64,000 nt of DNA from a virus (lineage: Duplodnaviria; Caudoviricetes), in the IMG/VR virus record IMGVR_UViG_3300032050_000002; one strand, given 5' to 3'. Under the pieces are notes generated by a model. The model saw nothing but the letters and a program-made list of their open reading frames with translations. It made no database searches and had not been told where the DNA came from. Each line of letters begins with the position of its first letter. The stretch's first letter is position 1. Positions 10,660 through 20,449 of the stretch are shown here, in pieces. The position numbers and the translations under genes were made by a program.

Positions 10660-11259
10660 ATGAAAAAAAATTTAAAAGAAAGTCCGAAAGTACTCGGACT
10701 TGACATCTCAACCAAAACTATAGGTTGGGCTTTGTTTGATATTCAAACACAACAATTATTAGAGTTAACTCATATCTCACCAGTTCCAAAACCAAAAGAA
10801 GAGGATAAAATGAGAGAACTCCTTTTAAAAAGTGAAATTTTTAAAAGTAAACTAATTCAATATAAAGAATTAGGAATAACAAAAGTAATAATAGAAGAAC
10901 CATTATTAAACTCAAATAATGTATATACCATACAAACATTACTAAGATTTAATAGTTTTATTTGTAAACTTATATATGATGAATTAGGAATAGTACCTAA
11001 TTTTATCTCCACGTATAATTCAAGAAAAAATGCGTTTCCTAATTTAGTACAACAAAACGATAAAGGTAAGTTTGTTTTGTTTGGTAACTATCCAAAAGAT
11101 TGTGATAAAAAACAAATTATTTGGGATTTGGTTGCAAAAAAAGAACCTCAAATTCAGTGGTTATACACAAAAAACAATACACTAAAGAAAGAAAATTATG
11201 ACCAATCAGACGCCTATTGTTGTGTCTTAGGTTATATGAAACAAGAGAAAATTTGGTAG
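10660..11259 (+). CDS. RuvC-like Holliday junction resolvase
   Basis: VLGLDISTKTIGW, IIEEP and DQSDAY acidic RNase H-fold motifs. Confidence 0.8.
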   Translation: MKKNLKESPKVLGLDISTKTIGWALFDIQTQQLLELTHISPVPKPKEEDKMRELLLKSEIFKSKLIQYKELGITKVIIEEPLLNSNNVYTIQTLLRFNSFICKLIYDELGIVPNFISTYNSRKNAFPNLVQQNDKGKFVLFGNYPKDCDKKQIIWDLVAKKEPQIQWLYTKNNTLKKENYDQSDAYCCVLGYMKQEKIW

Positions 11260-11279
11260 TTTTTAACTACCATTTTTTT

Positions 11280-12653
11280 TTATACCGAAATTGTTTGAAT
11301 CGGATTTACAACTAATAATCTAAAATTAACAATAGGTTGAACCATACCATACTGATACGTATTGGTATATATTTGTGTTAGTGATGATGTAGTACAAGGG
11401 TCACTGGGCACACCAACAAAACCGGCAACATTTTTATAAATTAAAGTATTAGATAAGTTTCTAACCTGAAGTAGTATTCTGTATGAAGGAGGATTAGGTA
11501 AAGAAATTGTGCCAAAAAAATTATCACCAGGACCACATTGAAGTAATAATTTAGTATTTAACTGAACCCAATTAACCCCAGGAACTGCTTGATTGTTTCC
11601 AAACAGATTGATAAGACTATAATCGCCTGTAAAATATGAATACCAAACAGAACCACTAAACGGACTTATTGAATCATCCAAATTAACAAAAACATTAAAT
11701 TCTGAATTTGATGGTCCTGGAATTGTAGTGGTTGTTGTTGATGATTGAAAAACAATTACAGATTGAGTACTGGTTGGGGTTGGGGTGTTAGTTGGTGTAT
11801 TAGTTGGAGTTGGTGTATTAGTTGGAGTTGGTGTATTAGTTGGAGTTGGTAAAACACAATTAGCACAACCACCGGCATTTGAATAACCATAAGGCCCACC
11901 CGTTATTTGAATATTATTACCACCCGAAACCTCGTCAACACTACCAAGATAAGAAATACATCTATCATTACCATCAACTTTTGCGTTGAATACCATGTAT
12001 TTTATTAAAGAACCACCTGAAGGGGTTGTTAAGTTTTGACTTGTATAGTAAAGAGTGCCATTAATACAATCTTGGAATTCTAAACTAGTAGGACATTTAA
12101 TAACAGCATCAACCACATTAAACTTAACATCACCTGAAAAATCACAATTTCTAATAACTTCAGGAGAAACTGTCGGAGTTACTGTTGGAGTAGGAGTTGG
12201 TGTTGGACTATAATTACTTAAAGTTGCATCAACATCAATAAACGGGCAAGGATTGGTTGAACTTGGAGTTGGTGTTTGTGTTGGAGTTGGAGTATTTGTT
12301 GGGGTATTACTTGGAGTTGGACTTACCAAACAATCAAAAATTGCATCAAAGTTAAATACGTCACAATTTAATGTTGGTGTAGGGGTAGGTGTAGGACATA
12401 GAGTAGGTATTAAATTATCTTCACATAAATCAGGACAAGAACTTGTGCAAGGATATTTACCTGACATAAGACAAGGACCTTCAATAGTATTAGATAAACA
12501 CCATTGATTATAAGTCGATGAAAAATAAATATAATAACTGGCGTTATAGTAAACATCGTAACTATTATACGAACTACCACTTTTAGTATAGTTACCATCA
12601 AAATCGTAACCAGTATTAACCACACAATAATCAGTATTTACACAAACAGGCAT
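11280..12653 (-). CDS. Cys-rich, Pro/Thr-repeat structural protein
   Basis: Four PT/PTN tracts between Cys-rich domains. Confidence 0.75.
   Translation of the reverse strand: MPVCVNTDYCVVNTGYDFDGNYTKSGSSYNSYDVYYNASYYIYFSSTYNQWCLSNTIEGPCLMSGKYPCTSSCPDLCEDNLIPTLCPTPTPTPTLNCDVFNFDAIFDCLVSPTPSNTPTNTPTPTQTPTPSSTNPCPFIDVDATLSNYSPTPTPTPTVTPTVSPEVIRNCDFSGDVKFNVVDAVIKCPTSLEFQDCINGTLYYTSQNLTTPSGGSLIKYMVFNAKVDGNDRCISYLGSVDEVSGGNNIQITGGPYGYSNAGGCANCVLPTPTNTPTPTNTPTPTNTPTNTPTPTSTQSVIVFQSSTTTTTIPGPSNSEFNVFVNLDDSISPFSGSVWYSYFTGDYSLINLFGNNQAVPGVNWVQLNTKLLLQCGPGDNFFGTISLPNPPSYRILLQVRNLSNTLIYKNVAGFVGVPSDPCTTSSLTQIYTNTYQYGMVQPIVNFRLLVVNPIQTISV
11791..11850. repeat. 18-bp tandem repeat gttggagttggtgtatta encoding (NTPTPT)n
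   Basis: Two full copies at 11803-11838 plus partial flanking copies. Confidence 0.9.
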
Positions 12654-12654
12654 A

Positions 12655-12873
12655 TTAAGATAAAGTTTCTATTACAACACAATTATTATCATCAACAATT
12701 TTTAAATTATAACTAGTTTGACCATCCATCACTGGTGGTATTTGAAATACATAAGGTAATGATGGTGAAGTTATCGTAGCAACATAAACACAAGTTGTAA
12801 TTGGGTTGTCACAAATATAAACATCAAAAGGACTTGTACCTGTTATATTGTTAATTGTAATATCGGTTGGCAT
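12655..12873 (-). CDS. Small Cys-containing protein, paralog of 1327..1554
   Basis: Shared motif pattern; TATTTAT at 12891-12897 on the minus strand. Confidence 0.75.
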   Translation of the reverse strand: MPTDITINNITGTSPFDVYICDNPITTCVYVATITSPSLPYVFQIPPVMDGQTSYNLKIVDDNNCVVIETLS

Positions 12874-12955
12874 TTAATTGTTTTATAATGATAAATATAA
12901 GACGTTGGAAAAACTTGTGAAGTTTGATTATTGATTATTTTTATTTATACTTAAT

Positions 12956-13861
12956 ATGATGATGGATGATGGAGAAATATTGGTTGATTTAATAAGGGAT
13001 TTATTCGGTAAGGAAAAACAACATTACGAATCTAAAGGACAAATTGCGGTAAACTGTCCACAATGCGACGAAGGAAAAAACAAAGGTAACTTAGAAATTA
13101 ATTACATTCAACATGTTTTTAAATGTTGGAGTTGTGCTGAGGTTAATGAGATGAAAGGACCTTTGGGTAAATTAATTGACCAATACGCAAACAAAAAACA
13201 AAAAAAGATATACGCCGTTTTCAAACCTGAAGAACAAACTGTAAAAGAAGTTAAGAAACCAAAAATCAAATTACCCGAAAGTTATGTAAGAATAATGGAT
13301 TCTTCTGAGAAATATCCTGTTAGAAGACAGGCATACACTTATCTTAAAAATAGAGGTATTGATGATTATATGATTAGAAAATACCAAATTGGTTTTTGCG
13401 ATAAAGGTTCTCATATGGGAAGAATTATTGTCCCTTCTTTTGATAAAGAGGGAGAACTTAATTATTATATTGCAAGAAGTTGGGACCCACACTCAAAAGC
13501 AAAATACAAAAACCCAGATTATGAAAAGGACAAGATAATTTTCAATGAGAGTATAATTAATTGGAAAAAAGATATATTCTTAGTTGAAGGTGTGTTTGAC
13601 GGATTCTTTGTTGATAATAGTATTCCATTATTGGGAAAATATATGAGTGATTTATTATTCAATACTATATATGAAAAGGCGAGAGGGGAAATAACAATTG
13701 GTCTTGATGGTGACGCATTTAAAGATGCGGTTAAATTATATGAACAATTAAATGGGGGAAGATTATTTGGAAAAATTAAAATATTGAAGTTACCTAATGA
13801 TAAAGATATTTGTGATTTGAGAGGTAACATAAATGAATATTATTATAAAATGAAACACTAA
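12956..13861 (+). CDS. DNA primase (Zn-binding plus TOPRIM)
   Basis: CPQC...CWSC, GRIIVP, VEGVFD, LDGDA, KD..D. Confidence 0.85.
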   Translation: MMMDDGEILVDLIRDLFGKEKQHYESKGQIAVNCPQCDEGKNKGNLEINYIQHVFKCWSCAEVNEMKGPLGKLIDQYANKKQKKIYAVFKPEEQTVKEVKKPKIKLPESYVRIMDSSEKYPVRRQAYTYLKNRGIDDYMIRKYQIGFCDKGSHMGRIIVPSFDKEGELNYYIARSWDPHSKAKYKNPDYEKDKIIFNESIINWKKDIFLVEGVFDGFFVDNSIPLLGKYMSDLLFNTIYEKARGEITIGLDGDAFKDAVKLYEQLNGGRLFGKIKILKLPNDKDICDLRGNINEYYYKMKH

Positions 13862-14727
13862 TGGATTTAATAGAGATTGCTGATGATATAAGAAAAGTTT
13901 TAGATGAAAGAAGAAAAGAAATTGAACTTACTTTCATCGAAGAAGACCATAAATATTTTATGAAAGATACAAAAGGGGAACTAAAAGGTGATTTCCCATC
14001 AGTATCAAAAGTAATGAAAGTTTTTTATGACGAGTTTCCAACAGACGAGGCCGCAGAGAAAAAAAGTAAAGGAGACCCTGTTGTTAAAGAAAGATTGTTG
14101 AAAGAATGGGCGGAAGCCGGAACATACTCAACAAATATGGGAAGTAGAGTGCATTTCCATTTAGAGAAGAAATCTTTGGAAATGTTCCAATTAGAGAAAG
14201 AAGTTAGAGAACCGATATTTGAATGTGACTTTACACAAATATTAAAGGGAGATTCAATGATTCACGCAGGAACTAACTTCTTGGAGTTAATGAAAGAAAG
14301 AGGTGCGGTTCTTTTAGATACTGAGATTGTATTAGGAGACCCTGAGTTAGGATATACTGGTCAGGGAGATACGGGATGGTTAATTCATAATAAAGAAAAA
14401 AATGAGTACGGGTTTATTATAACTGATTATAAAACAAATAAGGAAAAGAATTTCCAAGAAAATCAGTTTACAAAAAGAATGAGACCGCCATTTGAAAAAT
14501 TACCTAATATATCATTAGGACATTATTTCACACAATTACCTTTATATGGGAAACTTTTACTCAAAATGTTAAAGGGGACAAAATATGAAAATGTTAAATT
14601 ATATGGTTGTATTATTGTTCACCTTAAAGACACTTCAAAGTTTGAAGAATATAGAGTCCCAAAAGAAGTTATATCAACCGTTCTTAATATGAATATGTCA
14701 GATTATTTGACTAAGATAAAAAAATAA
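13861..14727 (+). CDS. PD-(D/E)XK nuclease (RecB/lambda-exonuclease-like)
   Basis: PSVS, GSRVH, TGQGD, ITDYKT, QLPLY. Confidence 0.75.
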   Translation: MDLIEIADDIRKVLDERRKEIELTFIEEDHKYFMKDTKGELKGDFPSVSKVMKVFYDEFPTDEAAEKKSKGDPVVKERLLKEWAEAGTYSTNMGSRVHFHLEKKSLEMFQLEKEVREPIFECDFTQILKGDSMIHAGTNFLELMKERGAVLLDTEIVLGDPELGYTGQGDTGWLIHNKEKNEYGFIITDYKTNKEKNFQENQFTKRMRPPFEKLPNISLGHYFTQLPLYGKLLLKMLKGTKYENVKLYGCIIVHLKDTSKFEEYRVPKEVISTVLNMNMSDYLTKIKK

Positions 14728-14737
14728 ATTATATTTG
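14706..14737 (+). promoter_or_regulatory. Bacteroidota-type promoter TTTG-N20-TATATTTG
   Basis: TTTG at 14706-14709, TATATTTG at 14730-14737, ATG at 14742. Confidence 0.7.
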
Positions 14738-14741
14738 TAAT

Positions 14742-14951
14742 ATGGAAGAAATAGGAAAACCAAAAATCGATTTAAAACAACAACCAACTGTTGATTGTGA
14801 GAACTGCCAATCAAAATACTTTAAAGAAGTAGTTCTAATTAAAAAAGTATCTAAAATTTTAACAGGAAGTGGAGAAGACACTATGGTTCCGTTCCCAACT
14901 TATATGTGTAATAGTTGTGGACACGTTAATAAAGAATTTGAATTATTTTAA
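14742..14951 (+). CDS. Small Zn-ribbon protein
   Basis: CENC...CNSCG. Confidence 0.75.
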   Translation: MEEIGKPKIDLKQQPTVDCENCQSKYFKEVVLIKKVSKILTGSGEDTMVPFPTYMCNSCGHVNKEFELF

Positions 14952-14953
14952 AT

Positions 14954-15214
14954 ATGTTAAGTCACAAAGAATTTTACTTTTGGTTGGACGGATATCTATC
15001 TGCCAAATCTAAAGAAGACAACAATGGTAATGTTTATTATATGGATGTTTTTCCAATAATAGAAAAAATGAAAGAAGTTAAAGAAGAAGATTTACCAAGA
15101 ATCTTTACAAAAAGAGGTTGTGAAACCAAAAATAAATTATATGGAATCAACCCTGTTGAAATTAATATAAAAAAGGATAATGATTTAGGTTATCCACCAA
15201 AAATTGTAATGTAA
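14954..15214 (+). CDS. Hypothetical protein
   Basis: ORF packed tightly in the operon. Confidence 0.65.
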   Translation: MLSHKEFYFWLDGYLSAKSKEDNNGNVYYMDVFPIIEKMKEVKEEDLPRIFTKRGCETKNKLYGINPVEINIKKDNDLGYPPKIVM

Positions 15215-15215
15215 T

Positions 15216-16163
15216 ATGAAATTAAAAGAGTTTTTAGAAGTGGCTTTAATTAGCAAAAAAAATCACACATGGGATTCAGGCGTAAAGTTTGTAGACGAAA
15301 CTTGTCTTTATGGTGAAAATTTGGAGGAATATAAACTTCTTATTAAAGAATGTGATGAATTTGCTAAATGCGATTCGTTAGATATTTTAACGATGCCGTT
15401 AGTTAAAGGGAAAAATGGTGAGATTTATACTACTCAGACTATTAAATTATCGGATTTAATGGAATTTAAAGGTAGATGTTATTTATTGTCGTTAGCTTTA
15501 ACACCTGAAATGTATGACCCAAGTCAATTACTTAAACCTGTTAAGAATGGTGCAGCAATTGGACCGGTAATTTATGACCCAATAACATTTGAACCAAGAA
15601 AACACATTTTATTAACTTGGTCTCCTGAAATGGTGCAAGATATATCAGTAACAAATAATGAATTAATGTTAAGAAATGATATTCATAAATTATTAGATGA
15701 TGTTTTGGATAACCCTGAAGAATACAAAACTAAAGGTGTTAGAAGTGTTTTAGTGAGAGGGTTATTTGAAGTTATTGATAAAAATGATGGGTCTGAAGTT
15801 GATAGAAAAGTTTATGATATTGATTTAACCGTGAATAAACCTGAAGATGTCGGTTATCAAGTATTTTATTTAGAACAAAATGTGGTTAAACATGGTGAAA
15901 TTAATTTAGAGTTAAAACATAAAGTAATACCGTCACATTTAAAAGATAAATTTATTCATGAAGTTGGTACTGACCCTAAGTTAATTACTGAGGAATTAAT
16001 TGATAATTTTTTGGAAAATCAAGGGATTAATCGTTATACGGGTAGACTTGCGGAAATATTAAAAAAAAATAAAGAAGTTGAAGACAAGATAGCAAAAGTT
16101 GAAGAATACCATAAAAAAATGAAAAAAAATATGAAACTTAAAGAAAAAGATAAAAATGATTAA
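15216..16163 (+). CDS. Hypothetical protein
   Basis: 315-aa ORF with no recognised motif. Confidence 0.75.
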   Translation: MKLKEFLEVALISKKNHTWDSGVKFVDETCLYGENLEEYKLLIKECDEFAKCDSLDILTMPLVKGKNGEIYTTQTIKLSDLMEFKGRCYLLSLALTPEMYDPSQLLKPVKNGAAIGPVIYDPITFEPRKHILLTWSPEMVQDISVTNNELMLRNDIHKLLDDVLDNPEEYKTKGVRSVLVRGLFEVIDKNDGSEVDRKVYDIDLTVNKPEDVGYQVFYLEQNVVKHGEINLELKHKVIPSHLKDKFIHEVGTDPKLITEELIDNFLENQGINRYTGRLAEILKKNKEVEDKIAKVEEYHKKMKKNMKLKEKDKND

Positions 16164-16935
16164 TAAAATAGTGCACTTCTCTGATTTACACATAAGATTA
16201 TTTAAAGACCACGAACTTTATCGCGGAATTTTAAATGATATGTTTAATCAATTTAGAGAAATTAAACCCGATAGAATCGTGTTTACAGGTGACTTAGTTC
16301 ACTCCAAAAATCAAATGACGCCGGAACTCATAGAAATGGTTTCTTGGTTATTGACCGAATGCTCAAAAATTGCCATTATAATAATAATACCTGGTAATCA
16401 CGATTTTATAACTAATTTTGAAAGGTTAGACGCGTTAACCCCAATAATAAATTCATTGAATAATCCTAAAATAATTTATTATAAAGATAGGGGAGTCTAT
16501 GAAGATGAAAATGTATCGTGGTGCGTGTATTCCCAATTTCAAGGTAATATACCACCAGAAATTTCAGAAGGAAAGGGTGTAAAAATTGGTTTGTTTCATG
16601 GGCCAATATCGGGACTTAAAACAGATTTAGGTTATGATTTTGGAGACCATGCTTATGATATAGAAAAATTTAATGGATTAGATTGTGTTCTTTGTGGAGA
16701 TATACATAAAAGGTCTAGTTTTGATATACCAAACGGGAAAAAAGGGAGGATGATAGGTTCATTTTGCCAACAAAACTATGGGGAATCGATTAGCAGTCAC
16801 GGGTATGGAATTTTAAATGTCGATACAATGGAATATAAAACAATAGACGTTTTTAATCCAAAACCTTTCTTAGCATTTGCAATAGACTCATACGAAGATA
16901 TTATCAATGGAACAGAAAAACTCACAAACGCATAA
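16156..16935 (+). CDS. sbcD: Mre11/SbcD-like metallophosphoesterase nuclease, catalytic domain only
   Basis: HFSDLH, FTGDLVH, IPGNHD, GLFHG, CGDIH. Confidence 0.85.
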   Translation: MINKIVHFSDLHIRLFKDHELYRGILNDMFNQFREIKPDRIVFTGDLVHSKNQMTPELIEMVSWLLTECSKIAIIIIIPGNHDFITNFERLDALTPIINSLNNPKIIYYKDRGVYEDENVSWCVYSQFQGNIPPEISEGKGVKIGLFHGPISGLKTDLGYDFGDHAYDIEKFNGLDCVLCGDIHKRSSFDIPNGKKGRMIGSFCQQNYGESISSHGYGILNVDTMEYKTIDVFNPKPFLAFAIDSYEDIINGTEKLTNA

Positions 16936-17467
16936 GTTTGAAATAAAAAACTTTAAAGATGTTTATGATTACTGTTATATTAATGGTATTATGGATATTA
17001 ATTTTTTTGTTAATGAATGTTTTAAAAAAGGATTCGATATTAACAAATATGGACTACTTGGACAGGACGAAACTAAAGTTATTGAAAAGATAGTTGAAGT
17101 TCCGGTAGATAGGGAAGTTATTGTCGAAAAGATTGTGGAGAAAATAGTTGAAGTCCCTGTCGAAAAAGAAATTATTGTAGAAAAAATTGTTGAGAAACAA
17201 GTTCCGATTAATAATGAAGTTGTAATTGAGAAAATAATTGAAAAGGAAGTTCCTGTTGAGAAGATAGTATATATCACAAATTCAGACGATAATAAAGAAG
17301 AAAAGTTAAAATTATTACAAAATACTTTGTTAAATCTAAAAAAAGAATTATCTTTGAAGGACGAGAAAATAAAAGAACTTGAAAATAAAATAAACGAGTT
17401 AGAAAAACTAACAATAAACCAAGGAGCTGTTTTTTTAAAAGGCTCTAATTTAAATCAGAAACTATGA
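16907..17467 (+). CDS. Protein with EKIVEVPV repeats and coiled coil
   Basis: Repeated VEKIVEVPV units. Confidence 0.8.
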   Translation: MEQKNSQTHKFEIKNFKDVYDYCYINGIMDINFFVNECFKKGFDINKYGLLGQDETKVIEKIVEVPVDREVIVEKIVEKIVEVPVEKEIIVEKIVEKQVPINNEVVIEKIIEKEVPVEKIVYITNSDDNKEEKLKLLQNTLLNLKKELSLKDEKIKELENKINELEKLTINQGAVFLKGSNLNQKL

Positions 17468-17811
17468 ATACACTAATATGGATTTTAATTGCTTACGGAA
17501 TGTCAAACATACTTGTTTACGGGTCAATATTTAATGCTCCAAGACAATTTATAAATGTAATTGGGAACACTGAAGGATTTCCTTTAAGATTTGTCTTCAA
17601 ATTTATATCCGACTTAGTATCTTGTATGATGTGTACAAGTACTTGGGTTGGATTTTTCTTATCATTAACATTCTTCTCACCGACAAACACTTTATTCGGA
17701 ACTAATGAATGGTACTCAATATTTTTAGACGGAGTGCTCGCGTCAGGTGCAGTATGGGCTTTCAATTCAGTAATTGAGTGGTTTGAACAAAATAGACCAA
17801 GTAACAATTAA
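17464..17811 (+). CDS. Membrane protein with CxxC (DUF1360-like)
   Basis: Hydrophobic segments and DLVSCMMCTSTWVG. Confidence 0.6.
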   Translation: MNTLIWILIAYGMSNILVYGSIFNAPRQFINVIGNTEGFPLRFVFKFISDLVSCMMCTSTWVGFFLSLTFFSPTNTLFGTNEWYSIFLDGVLASGAVWAFNSVIEWFEQNRPSNN

Positions 17812-17823
17812 AAACAAATATAT

Positions 17824-18039
17824 ATGCCAACATCAAAAAAAAGAGGTGGAGCTAAGGCTCACAGAAAAAGAGTTCAGAAAAGAAATGAACAATTGGGGTT
17901 AATGAAAAAAAACTTTGAAAAGAAGTACACACAAATGTTAGAAGAAAAGTTCAAAGAATTTCAAGAAAAATATTCCGCAGAAACCGATACTGTAGAGTAT
18001 GATTCAATTGAAATTGAAGACACTAAAGAAGGTGAATAA
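17824..18039 (+). CDS. Small protein with basic N-terminus and acidic C-terminus
   Basis: MPTSKKRGGAKAHRKRV...EIEDTKEGE; abuts sbcC. Confidence 0.7.
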   Translation: MPTSKKRGGAKAHRKRVQKRNEQLGLMKKNFEKKYTQMLEEKFKEFQEKYSAETDTVEYDSIEIEDTKEGE

Positions 18040-20411
18040 TGGATTTGTTTACTCCGGCAATAGAATTTAATTACGAAATAACAAACAAAGAAATGGAATT
18101 TGACAAACTTGATAATCCTTATATTAAGGTTATTTGGGAAGATTCTGCAGAGAACTTTACCCAAGAAAAACTTAGAAGTGTTAAAAATTATTTTCAAAAA
18201 AAGTATAACACAACAAACGTTTCCTTAATTACTAAGACAAAAGTTGCGGATGATGTTACACACAATGTCGACATATCATTCAATATATTAGATAAAAATT
18301 ATCAGGTTGAATTAATCAAATTGTTTCTTAAATCAAAATCTAATGAAGATAAAATTGAAGAAATTTTAAAGATAGATTCTATTGTTGATAACAAACTAAC
18401 ACTTAGCGATAACGAAGTCATACCATTTAAAAAATGGTATATTAAGAAAATTGAATTTTCAAACTTCTTATCTTATGGTGAGAATCAAAAATTAGATTTT
18501 AATAAATGTGATGGAATATCTGTTGTAGAATCAAATCCGCCTAACTTTGGAGGAAAAACGGTGTTAACCGTTGATTTATTACTTTTCCTATTCTTTAACG
18601 AAACAACTAAGACTAGTAAAGCAGAAGAAATCTTTAATAGATTTACAGACAAGAATAAGGTTCACGTTAGAGGAGATGTTTTAATTGATGGTGATGAATA
18701 TATTATCGTTAGAAATCTCGAAAGGAAAAAGTCAAAATCAGGTGAGTGGAACGTAAAGACTGAATTAGATTTCTTTAAAAAGTTATCTGATGGGTCTTTA
18801 CAAAACTTCACCGGAGAACAAAGAAGGGAAACCGAAAACTTCATTAAGAACTCTATTGGGTCTAAAGAAGATTTCTTAATGACTATTCTAACTACCGCCA
18901 CTAATTTAGAAGACTTAGTTGATTCAAAACCAACCGCTAGAGGACAAGTTTTATCAAGGTTTATGGGTTTAGACTTCTTAAAAAAGAAAGAAGAAACCGC
19001 TAAGGAAATCTACTCTGAGTTTTCAAAATCAATGATTTCCAATGTCTACAATAGCGAACAATTAAAATCTGATAATGAAACATTCAATCAGAATATCTCA
19101 AACTTAAAAGAAAATAATAAAGAACTTGAGGTAAAGTTGAATGATGTTAAAGATAGAATTGTTAAAGGTAAAGAATATAAAGATGGATTAACTAATAAAA
19201 AGTTTACCGACATAGACAAAGAACTCGTATTACTTCAACCCTCAAAAGTTGAGGAAGAGATTGAAGGTTTAGAAATCCAAAAATCTGGAGTTGAAAAACA
19301 ATTAAAAGAAATAAAGGTTATTGAACCTTCGGAATTTTATTATGAAGATAAACACGATACCGTTAAAGAACAATATCAGGAAGAGTTAAAGAAAAAAATT
19401 GAAGTAGAAACCACTGTAAGAGAAATTGAAAAACTTAAAAGTTCTGTTAGTGGTGGAATTAAATGTGAACACTGTGGTATTGAATTATTAAATGCGTCAA
19501 TCACTCAAACTAAAATATCTGAACTTGATGGACTTTTACAGCATAAAACCGAAATCGAAACCTTAATGACGGAATTATCCAACAAAGAAAAAGGATTTGT
19601 TCAGTTAAAAAAAGAGTTTGATGAGTATGAAAAAAACAAGCTAATTAAAGAAAAATATCTTTTGAGTATTGAAAGTTTTGATTTAAAAATATCAAACTTA
19701 AATGATAAATTAAAAAGATATAATGACATCCAAGAAAAAATATTGGAGAATAATAAAATTGAATCTTTAATCATTAAGGCCAATCTAAGACTAGATGAAT
19801 TAGAAACTGAAAAAACCAATATAAACAAAAATATTAATAATAACAATTTTCAAATTGAAAATTTGACAGAAAAAATTCAACAAAACTTAAATAAAATTGT
19901 TAAAATTTTAGAAGAATCTGAAAAAGAAAAGATTTATAAGTTATATTTGGAAATATTTGGTAAGAACGGTATTACAAAATTAATTATGAAGACTATGATG
20001 CCGTTAATCAACTCAGAATTACAAAGGTTAATGGAGGATAGTGCTCATTTTAAATTAGAAGTTAGAATTAATGAGAAAAATGAGGTAGAGTTCATAATGA
20101 TAGATAATAACACTCAAATTGAAAAACTAATGGTCTCAGGTTCGGGTTACGAAAGAACAATTGCGTCATTAGCATTGAGAGCGGTTTTAAGTAAGATATG
20201 TTCATTACCAAAACCTAATATAGTTGTATTTGACGAAGTATTTGGTAAAATATCGAATGATAATTTGGACATGGTTTCTGACTTTTTTACTAAAATAAAA
20301 GATTATTTTGAAAAAGTATTTGTAATAACCCACAATCCTTTAGTAACCAACTGGGCAGACAATGTGATTAAAATAAAAAAAGAAAATAATATCAGTTATG
20401 TGTCTCAGTAA
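18039..20411 (+). CDS. sbcC: Rad50/SbcC-like ATPase with about 130-aa N-terminal extension
   Basis: IKKIEFSNFLSYG, NFGGKT Walker A, CEHC Zn hook, SGSGYER signature, VFDE Walker B, ITH. Confidence 0.9.
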   Translation: MDLFTPAIEFNYEITNKEMEFDKLDNPYIKVIWEDSAENFTQEKLRSVKNYFQKKYNTTNVSLITKTKVADDVTHNVDISFNILDKNYQVELIKLFLKSKSNEDKIEEILKIDSIVDNKLTLSDNEVIPFKKWYIKKIEFSNFLSYGENQKLDFNKCDGISVVESNPPNFGGKTVLTVDLLLFLFFNETTKTSKAEEIFNRFTDKNKVHVRGDVLIDGDEYIIVRNLERKKSKSGEWNVKTELDFFKKLSDGSLQNFTGEQRRETENFIKNSIGSKEDFLMTILTTATNLEDLVDSKPTARGQVLSRFMGLDFLKKKEETAKEIYSEFSKSMISNVYNSEQLKSDNETFNQNISNLKENNKELEVKLNDVKDRIVKGKEYKDGLTNKKFTDIDKELVLLQPSKVEEEIEGLEIQKSGVEKQLKEIKVIEPSEFYYEDKHDTVKEQYQEELKKKIEVETTVREIEKLKSSVSGGIKCEHCGIELLNASITQTKISELDGLLQHKTEIETLMTELSNKEKGFVQLKKEFDEYEKNKLIKEKYLLSIESFDLKISNLNDKLKRYNDIQEKILENNKIESLIIKANLRLDELETEKTNINKNINNNNFQIENLTEKIQQNLNKIVKILEESEKEKIYKLYLEIFGKNGITKLIMKTMMPLINSELQRLMEDSAHFKLEVRINEKNEVEFIMIDNNTQIEKLMVSGSGYERTIASLALRAVLSKICSLPKPNIVVFDEVFGKISNDNLDMVSDFFTKIKDYFEKVFVITHNPLVTNWADNVIKIKKENNISYVSQ

Positions 20412-20449
20412 TAAATTTTTTTGTATCTTTGTATCATAAATTTAAAAAT

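Noticed and set aside
13861-14727. Cas4
   Set aside because: Has the PD-(D/E)XK core but lacks the four Cys of the Cas4 Fe-S cluster; no CRISPR context
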